The notes: generated by a model not told the origin, from the sequence alone. A stretch of DNA of 64,000 nt from Candidatus Krumholzibacteriia bacterium (GCA_050174015.1 JBFXKG010000006.1:128001-192000); one strand, 5' to 3'. Numbered from the stretch's first letter, positions 50,567 to 60,810 are shown. Program-made: numbers and translations.

Positions 50567-52458
50567 CGTTTCCCGCTCCGGGGCTTGCCGCCCTTGAGGC
50601 GCTGCTGGACGGAGCGCTTGAGCTCCTCCTCGTCCCGATCGAGGGCGTTGAGGATCTGCATGGCCTGATCCTTCGTCAACTGCTCCGGATCGCCCTCCTG
50701 TTCCTGCTCGGAATCCTGGTCCTGAGGCGGGGATTCCTGTTGCTGTTGCTCCTGTTGCTGCTGTTCCTGTTGTTGCTGGTCCTGTTGTTGCTGTTCTTGC
50801 TGCTGCTCCTGTTCCTGCTGTTCCTGCTGTTGCTGATCCTGCTGCTGTTCCTGTTCCTGCCGATCCTCGCGGTCCTGTTCTCCCTGGTCCTGGTTCTGCT
50901 GCTCCTGTTCCTCCTGCTGCTCTTCCTGCTGCTGCTGGTCGTCCTGACCCTGCTCCTGTTGTTGCTGCTGCTCCTGCATCATTTTCAGGGCCAGTTCGAG
51001 ATTGAAGAGAGCGTCGGTCTGATCCGGATCCAGGGCCAGCGATTCACGGAGCTTGGCGGCGGCGGCCTCGGGTTCTCCCGCCCCCAGGAGCGAGGTTCCG
51101 GTGTTGTAGAGCGCCTCGGCGCGCAAATCCGGTTCTTCGGTGAGGGTCAGGGTCCGCTCGAACTCCCGTACCGCGTCCTGATACTGCTCGAGCCGGTGCA
51201 GGGTTTCCCCCAGGGCCAGGCTGACCAGGGGATTCTCGGGATCGTGGACCAGGGCGCTGCCGAACTCCGTCAGTGCGCCCTGATAATCACCCTGGGCGTA
51301 GAGATCTCGGCCCCGGGCCATGGCCTGGGATTCCGGCGTGACGACTCCCGCCGCGGCCCTCCCCGGCGGGCCGAAACCGGCGGCGAGGCCGGCCACGGCA
51401 GCCAGCAGGACGGCGGCGCGCAGATGGCCGGCCTGATCCTGCCGTCTCCGCGGCCTCAGGATCAGGCGCAATCCGAGGCTGCAGAAGGCAAGCAGCAGGG
51501 GAATCAGGTAACGCTCCTGGTAGGCGGAGATCCGCCGGTCCTCGAAGTCCCTCTTGCCCAGACGCTCGAGTTCGACGAAGAGGCGGTCGCCCGCCAGCCC
51601 GTCGACCCCGATGCGGAAGGGAGCGCCGCCGCCCATGGCCGCCATTTTTTCCAGGGACACCATGTCCAGCCTGCTGAGGACGACGTTTCCTTCGGCGTCC
51701 TTCAGGAAACCCGCCGGACGGCCCTGGTTGTCTGTGACGGGAATGAGCCCTCCGGCCTCGTCCCCCACGCCGACCGGGATGATCCGGATGCCGGCGTCGA
51801 GGCAGGCCTGCGCGCCGGCCTCCCAGTCCCCCTCGAGGTCTTCGCCGTCGGTGACCAGCAGGACGGCCTGGAAGGAGCCCGCGGGGCCGCCCTCCTTGCC
51901 CTTGGCCAGAAGTTCCCTGGCCGCGTCGAGCGCCGAGGCGATGGCCGTGCCCTGCTCGGAGAGCATGTCGGGATCCGCCATGTTCAGGAAGATCTGCGCC
52001 GTGCCGTAATCCAGGGTCAAGGGACACTGGACGAAGGCGGATCCGGCGAAGAACACCAGACCGATCCGGCTGTCCTGGAGCCGGTCCAGGAAGGCTCCGA
52101 GTTCGGCCTTGGCTCGCTCCATGCGGTTGGGGACCACGTCCTCGGCGAGCATGGAATTGGAGATGTCCAGGGCGATGACGACGTCGGACCCCCGCTGGGT
52201 GACGGTCACCTCGCTGGCCCCCCACTGGGGCCGGGCTAGGGCGAGCAGCAGCCAGAAGATCCCGCCGAGGAGCAGGAACCTGTCCCAGGAACGCAGACGC
52301 CGGTTATCCCCTTCGACGTGGGCGGCGGCCTGCTCGCCCAGCAGCAGGGTGCGGCGCCTCCGCGCCCTGCGGTCCCCCGAACGCAGCAGCAGCCAGAGCA
52401 GAGGCAGCAGAGGGATCGCGAAGAGCCAGACCTCCTGGGCGAATTTCAAGACGGACAC
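50560..52458 (-). CDS. BatB-like vWA protein fused to BatC-like TPR and Gln-rich tail
   Basis: ALARPQWG, DISNSMLAED (MIDAS), FVQCPLTLD, TDGED; TPR (ALYNTG, ALFNLE); Q/E-rich linker; ends KPRSGKRW. Confidence 0.88.
   Translation of the reverse strand: MSVLKFAQEVWLFAIPLLPLLWLLLRSGDRRARRRRTLLLGEQAAAHVEGDNRRLRSWDRFLLLGGIFWLLLALARPQWGASEVTVTQRGSDVVIALDISNSMLAEDVVPNRMERAKAELGAFLDRLQDSRIGLVFFAGSAFVQCPLTLDYGTAQIFLNMADPDMLSEQGTAIASALDAARELLAKGKEGGPAGSFQAVLLVTDGEDLEGDWEAGAQACLDAGIRIIPVGVGDEAGGLIPVTDNQGRPAGFLKDAEGNVVLSRLDMVSLEKMAAMGGGAPFRIGVDGLAGDRLFVELERLGKRDFEDRRISAYQERYLIPLLLAFCSLGLRLILRPRRRQDQAGHLRAAVLLAAVAGLAAGFGPPGRAAAGVVTPESQAMARGRDLYAQGDYQGALTEFGSALVHDPENPLVSLALGETLHRLEQYQDAVREFERTLTLTEEPDLRAEALYNTGTSLLGAGEPEAAAAKLRESLALDPDQTDALFNLELALKMMQEQQQQQEQGQDDQQQQEEQQEEQEQQNQDQGEQDREDRQEQEQQQDQQQQEQQEQEQQQEQQQQDQQQQEQQQQEQQQQESPPQDQDSEQEQEGDPEQLTKDQAMQILNALDRDEEELKRSVQQRLKGGKPRSGKRW
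50690..50980 (-). repeat. Gln/Glu-rich low-complexity coding repeat (CAG/GAA-rich)
   Basis: QQQQQEQ-type repeats within the BatB-BatC ORF. Confidence 0.85.
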
Positions 52459-52489
52459 CTCCCCTCGGTGGTCGGACGGCGGTCGGACG

Positions 52490-53479
52490 TCACGGCAACC
52501 TCCTCAGCCAGGTCGCGGCCAGCAGGAACTCCAGCAGGATCAGGCCCAGGGCCGGACCGGCGAACCAGGCCATGCGCTCGCGGTACCAGGTGCTGACCGA
52601 GGTCTCGAAACGGGCCGTCTCCAGCTCGTCGATGGTGGCGAAAACCTGCAGGAGCATGTCCGCGCTGGTGGCCTGGAACATCCGTCCGCCCGTCAATTCC
52701 GCGATCCTGTCCAGGAGGTCGAGATCCAGCTTGGTCTCGACCTGGCGGGTCCGCCGGCCGAACACCGGATCGTTGACCGGATAGGGCACCAAACCCTCGC
52801 GGCCGATGGCGATGGTGTAGACGCGCACGTCGAGGGAGCGGGCCAGCTCGGCGGCCGTCTCCGGTTCCAGGGTGAACACGTTGTTCACCCCGTCGGTCAG
52901 CAGGATGATGGTCTTGCTCGGGGAATCGGAATGCTTCAACCGGGCGACGGCGGTGGCCAGCCCCAGCCCGATGGCGGTGCCGTCGTCGATCAATCCCACC
53001 TGCACCTCGTCCAGGAACCCGGTCAGGACCGGGTGGTCCAGGGTGAGCGGACACTGGGTGAAGGCCTTGGCGGCGAAGACGACCAGCCCGATGCGGTCGT
53101 GCGGCCGGCCGCCGATGAATTCACGGATGACGTCCTTGGCGGATTCGAGGCGGTCTTTGGGGTGGAAATCGAGGGATCGCATGCTGCCGCTGATGTCCAG
53201 GGCCAGGACGATGTCGATCCCCTCGCCCTCGATGTCCTCGCTGCGGTGGGCGATGCGTGGGCCGGCCGCCGCGACGACCAGGAGCACCAAGGCGATCCCA
53301 GACAGCAAGGGCAGCCAGCGGTAGAAGCGCGTCCGCAGGGTGGGCTTGACCCCGGCCAGGAGGGCCAGATGGGCGTGCCTCAGCACCCCGGGGCCCGGGT
53401 CGGACCGCAAGCGGAACCAGGCCAGGATCAGGGCCACGGGCAGGAGCAGCAAGAGCCAGGGACGGGCGAACTCCATCAT
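52490..53479 (-). CDS. BatA-like vWA domain protein
   Basis: EFARPWLLLLL, EGIDIVLALDISGSM, DRIGLVVF, GTAIGLGL, LLTDGVNN. Confidence 0.9.
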   Translation of the reverse strand: MMEFARPWLLLLLPVALILAWFRLRSDPGPGVLRHAHLALLAGVKPTLRTRFYRWLPLLSGIALVLLVVAAAGPRIAHRSEDIEGEGIDIVLALDISGSMRSLDFHPKDRLESAKDVIREFIGGRPHDRIGLVVFAAKAFTQCPLTLDHPVLTGFLDEVQVGLIDDGTAIGLGLATAVARLKHSDSPSKTIILLTDGVNNVFTLEPETAAELARSLDVRVYTIAIGREGLVPYPVNDPVFGRRTRQVETKLDLDLLDRIAELTGGRMFQATSADMLLQVFATIDELETARFETSVSTWYRERMAWFAGPALGLILLEFLLAATWLRRLP

Positions 53480-54648
53480 GCGGCGCCCCCCCCTCCCGGG
53501 ACGGCCGGGGCGGCCTCCCTTTCGAACCGTCTCCTCAGACCCGCCCACGCCTGGGCGGCCTCGATCATGACGGCCGCGGGAACGGGGGTCGCCACCGGCT
53601 CGATCCGCACGGATTCCACCCGGACCAGGAATTCGGCCAGGGCGGCCCGGCATTCGTCCGCGGCTGGTTCGGCGGGGCTGAACCTGGCGAGATCCGCGCC
53701 GTCGATCAGGCCCGCGAAGGCGGCGACCGGCTCGTCGGGATAGCCTCGCGCCCGGCAGGCGGCCACGATCTCCCGGCCGGTCATCTCCCGCGCGCCGATG
53801 AGATATCGATCGGCCACGAAGGCCCGCATCACGCCGGCCAGACGATCCAGCTGGAGTTGATGGCGCCCGGCTCCCTCGAGGCCTTCGGCCAGGAGATCGC
53901 GGAGGGCGAGGGCGGCCGCAACCCAGGCCGGCGGCCGGACCGGACGGTGGGGCAGCTCCCGGGCTGGCCGGCGGCGGTTCCAAAGGATGAGCCAGGCCGA
54001 GGCCAGCAGGATCCCCGCGATCAAGAGGAGCCAGAAATCCCGGGTCAGGCGCAGGCCGAAGGGCCTGGGGTCGCGGATGACGGCGGCCTCCCCCGTTCCG
54101 GTCACCCTGCCGTTCACCGTGACGACCCCGCTGGAGGCGTCGCCGACCGTGACGATGAAGGGGTGGGGGCGATACACCCGGAAGGCGCGGAGGGTCGCGG
54201 CGACGCCGGGTGGGAGCGCGGACGGCGCGGACGGCACGCCTTCCTGACCCGCGGGCAGGGGCGCCGTCGCCAGCCAGTCGGCGTCCGGAGCCAGGACCGA
54301 ATCCGGCACGGCCTCAACGGCCGCCGCGTGGAGCACCTCGATCCAAAGGACGCCGCCGAAGGCCACAGAATCGGACAGGGCCCGGACCGCGGTGATCCCG
54401 GGACCCGCGGAAGGCCAGGAAAGCCGGACCACCGAGGTATCGGCCGGGGCGGCCGGGAGCAGGGGAAGCCCGGCCGTCCCCCCCGGATTCGGACCGTGGG
54501 GCGAGCCGCCTGCACCCGCGCCGGGGAAGATCCCACCCTGCTGGGCTGCGGCGGAGGAACCGAGACCTGCGGTCACGAGCAGACAGGCGGCGGCGAGCCC
54601 CCTGATCGGGACGACGGGGGCCTTCCATCGGCGCCACGCTCCGTTCAT
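53476..54648 (-). CDS. Bat-operon membrane protein (DUF4381-like position)
   Basis: Signal peptide, central TM, PPAWVAA..EMTGREI..ADLARF; overlaps neighbours on both sides. Confidence 0.65.
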   Translation of the reverse strand: MNGAWRRWKAPVVPIRGLAAACLLVTAGLGSSAAAQQGGIFPGAGAGGSPHGPNPGGTAGLPLLPAAPADTSVVRLSWPSAGPGITAVRALSDSVAFGGVLWIEVLHAAAVEAVPDSVLAPDADWLATAPLPAGQEGVPSAPSALPPGVAATLRAFRVYRPHPFIVTVGDASSGVVTVNGRVTGTGEAAVIRDPRPFGLRLTRDFWLLLIAGILLASAWLILWNRRRPARELPHRPVRPPAWVAAALALRDLLAEGLEGAGRHQLQLDRLAGVMRAFVADRYLIGAREMTGREIVAACRARGYPDEPVAAFAGLIDGADLARFSPAEPAADECRAALAEFLVRVESVRIEPVATPVPAAVMIEAAQAWAGLRRRFEREAAPAVPGGGGAA

Positions 54649-55559
54649 CGGCTGCGGCTCCTTCTGCGCCCCTCGCGGGCCAGGAAGAAGGCGCGCAGGG
54701 GCTCGACGTAGGAGGCGGTGGCATCGACGTCGACCAGATCCACGCCGTGAGCCAGGAAGACCCTCTCCTGGGCCCGGTCATGGCCGGCGGCCGCCTGGGA
54801 AAGTTCCGCCCCCAGACCGGGGTCGCTGGTGTCCAGGATCATTTCCCGGCCGGTCTCGGCGTCCGCCCAGCGCACCAGCCCCACCGCCGGCAGGCTCGTC
54901 TCCCGGGGATCCCTCACCCTCACCGCAACCATGTCGTGGCGCCTGCCCAGGACCGACAGGCTGGTGGCGAAATCCGGAGCCCAGAAGTCGGACACCAGGA
55001 AGATCGTGGCCTTGCGCTTGAGGACCGACCCGAGCAGGCGGAGGGGCTCGTCGAGGTCGGTCCCTCGGCCCCGGGGCCGGAAGGCCAGCAGTTCCCGGAT
55101 CAGCCGCAGGACGTGGTTCCTGCCCTTGGCCGGCGGGATGAACTTCTCGACGGTGTCGGTGAAGATGACCAGGCCCACCTTGTCCTTGTTGGCGATGGCC
55201 GAGAACGCGAGCACCCCGCAGAGTTCGGCCGCGATCTCGGCCTTCAGGCGGCTTCCCGACCCGAAGTACCCGCTGCGGCTCATGTCCACCGCGAGGACCA
55301 CCGTCAGTTCACGCTCCTCCTCGAAGAGCTTGACGTAGGGATCCCCGGTGCGGGCCGTCACGTTCCAGTCGATGGTGCGGATGTCGTCCCCTGGCACGTA
55401 CTCCCGCACCTCCCGGAACTCCATGCCGGTGCCCTTGAACACCGAGTGGTACTCGCCGGAGAAGACTTCCTCGACGAGTCTGCGCGTGCGGATCTCTATC
55501 CTGCGGACCGCCGCCAGGATCTCGGGAGGAATGCCGCTGCCCTGCGTGCGTCCCTTCAT
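54645..55559 (-). CDS. DUF58 family protein
   Basis: GEYHSVFKGTGMEFREVREYVPGDDIRTIDWNVTAR, VDMSRSG, SDF. Confidence 0.94.
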   Translation of the reverse strand: MKGRTQGSGIPPEILAAVRRIEIRTRRLVEEVFSGEYHSVFKGTGMEFREVREYVPGDDIRTIDWNVTARTGDPYVKLFEEERELTVVLAVDMSRSGYFGSGSRLKAEIAAELCGVLAFSAIANKDKVGLVIFTDTVEKFIPPAKGRNHVLRLIRELLAFRPRGRGTDLDEPLRLLGSVLKRKATIFLVSDFWAPDFATSLSVLGRRHDMVAVRVRDPRETSLPAVGLVRWADAETGREMILDTSDPGLGAELSQAAAGHDRAQERVFLAHGVDLVDVDATASYVEPLRAFFLAREGRRRSRSR

Positions 55560-55563
55560 GGCC

Positions 55564-56550
55564 TCAGGGCACCGCGACGTTGTCCAGCAGGGAGCTGACG
55601 ATGTCGTCGCTGGTCAGGTTCTCCGCCTCGGCCTCGTAGGTGATCAGGATGCGGTGCCGCAACACGTCGTGTCCGACGGTCTTGACGTCCTCGGGAATGA
55701 CGAAGGCCCGCCCCTGCATCAGGGCCCGGGCCCGGGCCAGCTGGGTCAGGGCGAGCGTGGCCCGCGGCGATGCGCCCCAGGCGATCAGCGGGGCCAGGTC
55801 GAGCCCGGCGGCCTCGGGGTCGCGGGAGGCGAACACGATGTCGATGATGTAGGACTTGATCTTCTCGTCCACGAAGACCGCGTTGACCGCGGCGCGCATG
55901 CTGCGGATGCCGGCGGGATCGACCACCTTGGCGACCTCGGGCACCGCCTTGCCCGCCATGCGCTCGAGGATGGTCCGCTCCTCTTCCCGGGTCGGGTAGC
56001 CGATCTTCAGCTTGAGGAGGAACCTGTCCACCTGGGCCTCGGGCAGGGGGTAGGTGCCCTCCTGCTCGATGGGGTTCTGGGTGGCGAGCACCAGGAAGGG
56101 ATCGGCCAGCGGGAAGGTCTCGCCCCCGATGGTGACCTGCCGCTCCTGCATCGCTTCGAGCAGGGCGCTCTGCACCTTGGCCGGGGCCCGGTTGATCTCG
56201 TCGGCGAGGATGATGTTGCTGAAGACGGGGCCCCGCTTGACCTTGAACTCGCCGGTGTCCCGGTTGTAGATGGTCGTCCCGGTGATGTCGGCCGGCAGCA
56301 GGTCCGGAGTGAACTGGATCCTGCGGAACTCGGTGTCCACCGTCCTGGCGAGTGTGCTGACGGCCAGCGTCTTCGCCAGCCCCGGCACGCCCTCCAGCAG
56401 GATGTGGCCGCCGGTCACCAGCCCCATCAGCAGCCCTTCCATCATCTCGCGCTGTCCGACGATCACCTTGCCCGTTTCCGCCAGGACGTCCTGCAGGCGG
56501 CGGGAGAACTCCTCGGCCTGGATCTTGTCCAGGGATTGGTTTCCGGTCAT
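55564..56550 (-). CDS. moxR: MoxR family AAA+ ATPase
   Basis: LEGVPGLAKT, RIQFTPDLLPADITG, DEINRAPAKVQSALLEAMQE, ATQNPIEQEGTYPLPEAQVDRF. Confidence 0.95.
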   Translation of the reverse strand: MTGNQSLDKIQAEEFSRRLQDVLAETGKVIVGQREMMEGLLMGLVTGGHILLEGVPGLAKTLAVSTLARTVDTEFRRIQFTPDLLPADITGTTIYNRDTGEFKVKRGPVFSNIILADEINRAPAKVQSALLEAMQERQVTIGGETFPLADPFLVLATQNPIEQEGTYPLPEAQVDRFLLKLKIGYPTREEERTILERMAGKAVPEVAKVVDPAGIRSMRAAVNAVFVDEKIKSYIIDIVFASRDPEAAGLDLAPLIAWGASPRATLALTQLARARALMQGRAFVIPEDVKTVGHDVLRHRILITYEAEAENLTSDDIVSSLLDNVAVP

Positions 56551-56839
56551 GACTACCTTCCGTGAGGCGGTGGTGGGGCACCCCGGGGGAAGCCGGGATG
56601 ATGCGTTGACGCCTTCGCCGACCGCCTTGATACGAGTGTGAGCGGCGGGAGTTCCCACCGATCGCGGAGGCGGCGGACCCGGAACCTCCCGACCCGGGGG
56701 TTCCCAAAATACCCAACCCCTTTTTTCTTGCCAACCCCTTTGAAAAGTCTTTCAATGAGGCTGTCAACCGGATCGCGAGTACGGGTCCCGCCGCGAATTT
56801 TCCCGGTTTCCCGCCAAGTTTCCCTGACCGGAGGCCGCC

Positions 56840-57121
56840 GTGAGGCTCAGCAAGAACAAGATCGATTACCTGGCCCACCGGGTCCTGAAGATGGTCCAGG
56901 AACACCCCAGGATCCACATCATCGCCAACGAGGATCTGCTGCTGCGCGCCGTGGACGACGCCATCTACGACAACATGCACGAAGAGGACGAGATCGACGC
57001 ACAGGTCGAGAGCCTGATCAAGCAGAACGTGAACGAGATCCGGGCCATGGACATGGACGTCGGCGCCCTGCGCAACAAGATGAAGCGCGAACTCGCCCGC
57101 AAGCGGAATTTCACCCTCTGA
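56840..57121 (+). CDS. DUF507 family protein
   Basis: MRLSKNKIDYLAHRV...EDEIDAQV...KMKRELAR; GGAGG RBS. Confidence 0.82.
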   Translation: MRLSKNKIDYLAHRVLKMVQEHPRIHIIANEDLLLRAVDDAIYDNMHEEDEIDAQVESLIKQNVNEIRAMDMDVGALRNKMKRELARKRNFTL

Positions 57122-57142
57122 CCGAAGGACGAGGAGCACGCC

Positions 57143-57427
57143 GTGCGATTGACCGAGGAACGCATCGCCGTCCTGGCCCGGCTGGTCAGCGACCGGCTCC
57201 TGGACGAGGAGATCGTCGACCTGGAGATCGGCGAGGGCGACTTCCGGCACCTGATCGAGAACCTCATCTCGCGCGATCTGAAGATCGAGGACGAGATCGA
57301 CGAGGAAGCGACCGCCTTCCTGCTCAAGAACCGACCCAATCTCGAAGAGGGTTCCACCGAGTGGGACGTCGAACTCGAGCGCAAGAAGGAAGATCTCTGC
57401 GTCGCCCGAGGATACGTGGCATTCTGA
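57143..57427 (+). CDS. DUF507 family protein (second copy)
   Basis: MRLTEERIAVLAR...EDEIDEEA...EGSTEWDV; GAGGAG RBS. Confidence 0.82.
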   Translation: MRLTEERIAVLARLVSDRLLDEEIVDLEIGEGDFRHLIENLISRDLKIEDEIDEEATAFLLKNRPNLEEGSTEWDVELERKKEDLCVARGYVAF

Positions 57428-57449
57428 TCCCCTCCCGGAGCACCACCCC

Positions 57450-58715
57450 ATGCGCCTCATGGTCCTGACCCCCTACCTGCCCCACCGCCGGGTGGGGCAC
57501 GGCGGAGGTACGGCCGTCCGCGATCTGGTGACCTGGCTGGCCCGCAGGCACGAGGTCCGTCTGGTGTCCTTGGTGAGGCCCGGGGAACGGGACCTGGTCT
57601 CCGAGGTGGAGGCCCTGGGTGCGTCCGTGGCGGCCCTGCCCTTCAGCGACGCCGGCGCCCGCGGCCTTGACCGCCTGCAGCTGGCCGCCGGGCGGGCGGT
57701 CTCCCGGGTCCGCTCCCTGGCTTCAGGCTACCCCCATTACGTGGAGAAGTACTGGTCCGCGTCGCTGAGCCGCCGCGTCCTGGCGGCCGTCGCCGAGTTC
57801 CAGCCCGATGCGGTGCAGGTCGAATACCTGCAGCTGGCCCTGTTCTGCCGGGACCTGTTCCGTGATCGGGAGCGCACCGGCCGTCCCGGTCCCCGGTTGA
57901 TCCTCAACAGCCACGAACTGGGCTCCGTGCCCCGGGAACGCCGGGCCGCGGCCGCGTCCTCCGGTTTCCGGCGGCGCTTGGCCCTGGCCGAGGCGGCCCG
58001 GTGGCGGGGCCTGCAGATCGACGCCACCACCTGGGCCGACCGCACCCTCTGCGTCACGCCCGAGGATCACCGGCTCTACGCCGCCATGGGGGGACGGAAC
58101 CTGGTGACCATGCCCCTGGGAATGGATTGCGAGGCCATCGTCCCCGAATGGGATCCCGGGGATCCGGAGACCTTCCTGTTCGTCGGGTCCTTCGGCCACC
58201 GGCCGAACACCCTGGCCGCGGCCTTTCTCGTGGACACGGTCTGGCCCCGGGTCGCGGCCGCCCGGCCGCACGCCCGCCTCGTGCTGGCTGGACGGGGCTC
58301 ACGGTCGTTCCTGGCCGCCCACCGGCCGGGCTGCGACTGGAACGCCAGAGGGATCGAGGCGGTGGGATTCGTGGACGATCTGGCCCCGCTGTTCCGCGCC
58401 TGCCGCCTGTTCGTGGCCCCCCTGCCCGAGGGAGGCGGCATCAAGATCAAGATCCTCGAGGCCATGGCCCGCGGGGTTCCCGTGGTCACTTCACCCGTCG
58501 GCGCCGAGGGCATCGCCCACGGCGACGATCTGCTGGTGATCAGCCCCTGTGACGCCGGCTTCGCGGAAGCGGTCCTGGCCGCGGCTGCGGATCCGGAGGG
58601 GTGCCGGAATAGGGCCCGGGCGGCCCGCCTGCACATCGAACGGGAATTCAGCTGGGAATCGATCACCGACCGCCTGGCCCGGCTCTATGCGGGCCTCCCC
58701 CCCCGCTCCGCCTGA
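57450..58715 (+). CDS. Glycosyltransferase family 4
   Basis: FVGSFGHRPN, GFVDDL, GGGIKIKILEAMARGVPVVTS, FSWE. Confidence 0.9.
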   Translation: MRLMVLTPYLPHRRVGHGGGTAVRDLVTWLARRHEVRLVSLVRPGERDLVSEVEALGASVAALPFSDAGARGLDRLQLAAGRAVSRVRSLASGYPHYVEKYWSASLSRRVLAAVAEFQPDAVQVEYLQLALFCRDLFRDRERTGRPGPRLILNSHELGSVPRERRAAAASSGFRRRLALAEAARWRGLQIDATTWADRTLCVTPEDHRLYAAMGGRNLVTMPLGMDCEAIVPEWDPGDPETFLFVGSFGHRPNTLAAAFLVDTVWPRVAAARPHARLVLAGRGSRSFLAAHRPGCDWNARGIEAVGFVDDLAPLFRACRLFVAPLPEGGGIKIKILEAMARGVPVVTSPVGAEGIAHGDDLLVISPCDAGFAEAVLAAAADPEGCRNRARAARLHIEREFSWESITDRLARLYAGLPPRSA

Positions 58716-58716
58716 T

Positions 58717-59340
58717 TCAGGTTCGTCGCCCGATGATCGCCAGGACATCCTCGAGGCTGATGTTCCGGTCGCCGCCGGCGAGTTCGGCGAGCAGGGTGAC
58801 CTGGGCGAGCCGCTCGACGGTTTCGAGCAGGGCGTAGGCCGCCTCCAGATCCCCGCCGACGGCCACCACCCCGTGGCTGCCGAGCAGGATGGCGTCGTGG
58901 CGGGGAATCAGCGGGGCGATGGAGGCGGGAACGTCTTCGGAACCGGGCAGGGCGCGCTCTGCAACTGGCACCACCGGCAACAGCGCGGCGGTCTCGGTCA
59001 GCAGGGTTCCGTCCAGGGGACGTCCGATCACCGCGAAGGCGGTCGCCCAGGGGGGATGGGCGTGGCAGACCGCGGCCACGTCGGGCCGCAATTCGTAGAT
59101 GGCCCGGTGCATGGGCCATTCGCTGGTGGGCCGCCCCTGCGGGCAGCGTCCCCGGAGATCGACTTCCAGCAGGTCCTGGGGCCGCAAGCTGCCCTTGGCG
59201 GTCCCCGCCGGGGTCACCAGAAAAGCGTGGCCGCCGAGTCGAACCGAGAGGTTCCCTTCGGCGGCCACGATCATGCCCTGTTCCTGGAGCCTGCGGCCCA
59301 CCGCGACCATGGCCCGGCGCAGCTGCACCAGGTTCACCAT
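58717..59340 (-). CDS. Class II aldolase/adducin family protein
   Basis: EGNLSVR, PTSEWPMHRAIY, VCHAHPP, LGSHGVV. Confidence 0.92.
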   Translation of the reverse strand: MVNLVQLRRAMVAVGRRLQEQGMIVAAEGNLSVRLGGHAFLVTPAGTAKGSLRPQDLLEVDLRGRCPQGRPTSEWPMHRAIYELRPDVAAVCHAHPPWATAFAVIGRPLDGTLLTETAALLPVVPVAERALPGSEDVPASIAPLIPRHDAILLGSHGVVAVGGDLEAAYALLETVERLAQVTLLAELAGGDRNISLEDVLAIIGRRT

Positions 59341-59343
59341 CGG

Positions 59344-60810
59344 CTAGGGCCTGAAGATGTAGAGATGCGACATCACGCCTTCGAAGAAGCTGAGAAGATC
59401 CCTCTCCCCCGCAGCCATCTCGCGCATCTCGACCTCGGTCCAGCCCCGGTCGAGGGTCTCGTTCTCCAGCTTGTATCTCTGGTAGGCCTCTTCCTCGAGG
59501 CGGTCGAGCATCTCGGTGGGGAACCCCAGCTGACTGCTCAGCAGCAGCGACCCGTCCGCCATGACCGACGGCGTCCAGTCGTCCGACCGGGTGAAGTAGT
59601 AGATTTCCGGATCCAGGCTGCCGTCCGCAGGGACCTTCCAGATGTTGCGGTCGTGCAGGGTGATCGAGGGGGCCCGGCGCGTCGAGACGAAATAGACGGC
59701 CGAACCGTCGTTCGTGAACGCCGGCTGGTCGTTCAGGACCCCGGTGATGGGATCGCCGTCGGTGTACCTGGTGAAGGTCAGGCGGGTCAGGCCGTCGTCC
59801 AGGACCGAGGTCCCCGACGCCGCGGCCTCGGGATCGAAATCGATCAGGAAGAGCTCCGTGCCGATGCCCGTGCCGCCGCCGACGTCCATGCCCCCCGAGA
59901 AGACGATCCTCCGACCGTCGGGCGACCAGGCGGGGGTGCGCAGATTGGAGTAGAAGCCGGTCAGGTAGTGCCAGGCGGTATCGTAGCCGTTGCCGTCCCC
60001 GAGAGTCCAGAGATCCACGGCGATCAGCGCGCTCTGGGTGCCCAGGAACTCGAAGTACTCCCGCTCACCGTCGGTGATGATGTTCACGCGGCTCGCGAAG
60101 AAGGTGCAGACGGCCCAGCGCCCGTCCGGGGATACCGCGGGGTCCAGGATCTGGAAGTCGAACCCGCCGTCCTGATTGTCCCCCCTCATGGGAGCCCCGT
60201 TGTAGAACAGACCGGTGTCCAGGCCGTCGATCAGCATCACGCCGTCGACGTTGGCGCTGCCGGGCGTGGTGATGTCCGCGCTGAAGAGACGGAACCCGCG
60301 GTTGGTCAGGTAGGAGAAGAGGATCCGGTTGTCGGTGATCCACTTCGGCGAGGCCTTGCGCTCGTTCTGGATGTCCGCAGGAATGAGGACGATGGTCGCC
60401 CCAGCGCCGCCCATGTGCAGCGTGTATTCGTTGAGCAGGACCAGTTCGGCCCCCTGGACCTCGAGGGACTCCTCGGGCTCCTTGGGCTCGAACAGCTGGG
60501 GCAGGGGCATGATCAAAATCTGACGGTTGGTGACGTAGGGCTCGTCGCCGGGATCCCGCTCGGTGGGGATCGCCCACCAGTCGGCGGTGAACATGATCCG
60601 CGTCCCGTCCGGGGACTGCACCGGATCGAGATATTGGAACCCGTCGCTGGTGGTGTCCGTCGTGACCATGATCAGCTCGCCGCAGGAATGGTTCCCGCAG
60701 ACCGCGAGGGTCTCCGAGGGATCCTCCTTGCTGGAGCAGCCGATGACGACGAACACGGCCAGGACGGCGAAATAGGACAGCAGGAAGAGCCGATTGCGCA
60801 GCCACATCAT
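59344..60810 (-). CDS. Lipoprotein with TolB-like (PD40) beta-propeller repeats
   Basis: Lipobox VIG-C; repeated P-x-x-SPDG/TNDG units (PVQSPDG, PAVSPDG, PAWSPDG, PAFTNDG). Confidence 0.8.
   Translation of the reverse strand: MMWLRNRLFLLSYFAVLAVFVVIGCSSKEDPSETLAVCGNHSCGELIMVTTDTTSDGFQYLDPVQSPDGTRIMFTADWWAIPTERDPGDEPYVTNRQILIMPLPQLFEPKEPEESLEVQGAELVLLNEYTLHMGGAGATIVLIPADIQNERKASPKWITDNRILFSYLTNRGFRLFSADITTPGSANVDGVMLIDGLDTGLFYNGAPMRGDNQDGGFDFQILDPAVSPDGRWAVCTFFASRVNIITDGEREYFEFLGTQSALIAVDLWTLGDGNGYDTAWHYLTGFYSNLRTPAWSPDGRRIVFSGGMDVGGGTGIGTELFLIDFDPEAAASGTSVLDDGLTRLTFTRYTDGDPITGVLNDQPAFTNDGSAVYFVSTRRAPSITLHDRNIWKVPADGSLDPEIYYFTRSDDWTPSVMADGSLLLSSQLGFPTEMLDRLEEEAYQRYKLENETLDRGWTEVEMREMAAGERDLLSFFEGVMSHLYIFRP

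Noticed and set aside
50740..52239. Poly-Leu ORF on the plus strand that looks like a membrane protein
   Set aside because: It is the antisense reading of the Gln/Glu-rich linker of the BatB-BatC gene.
56740..56755. FNR/CRP box
   Set aside because: Spacing is TTGA-N8-TCAA, not the FNR TTGA-N6-TCAA; kept only as an unassigned palindrome.
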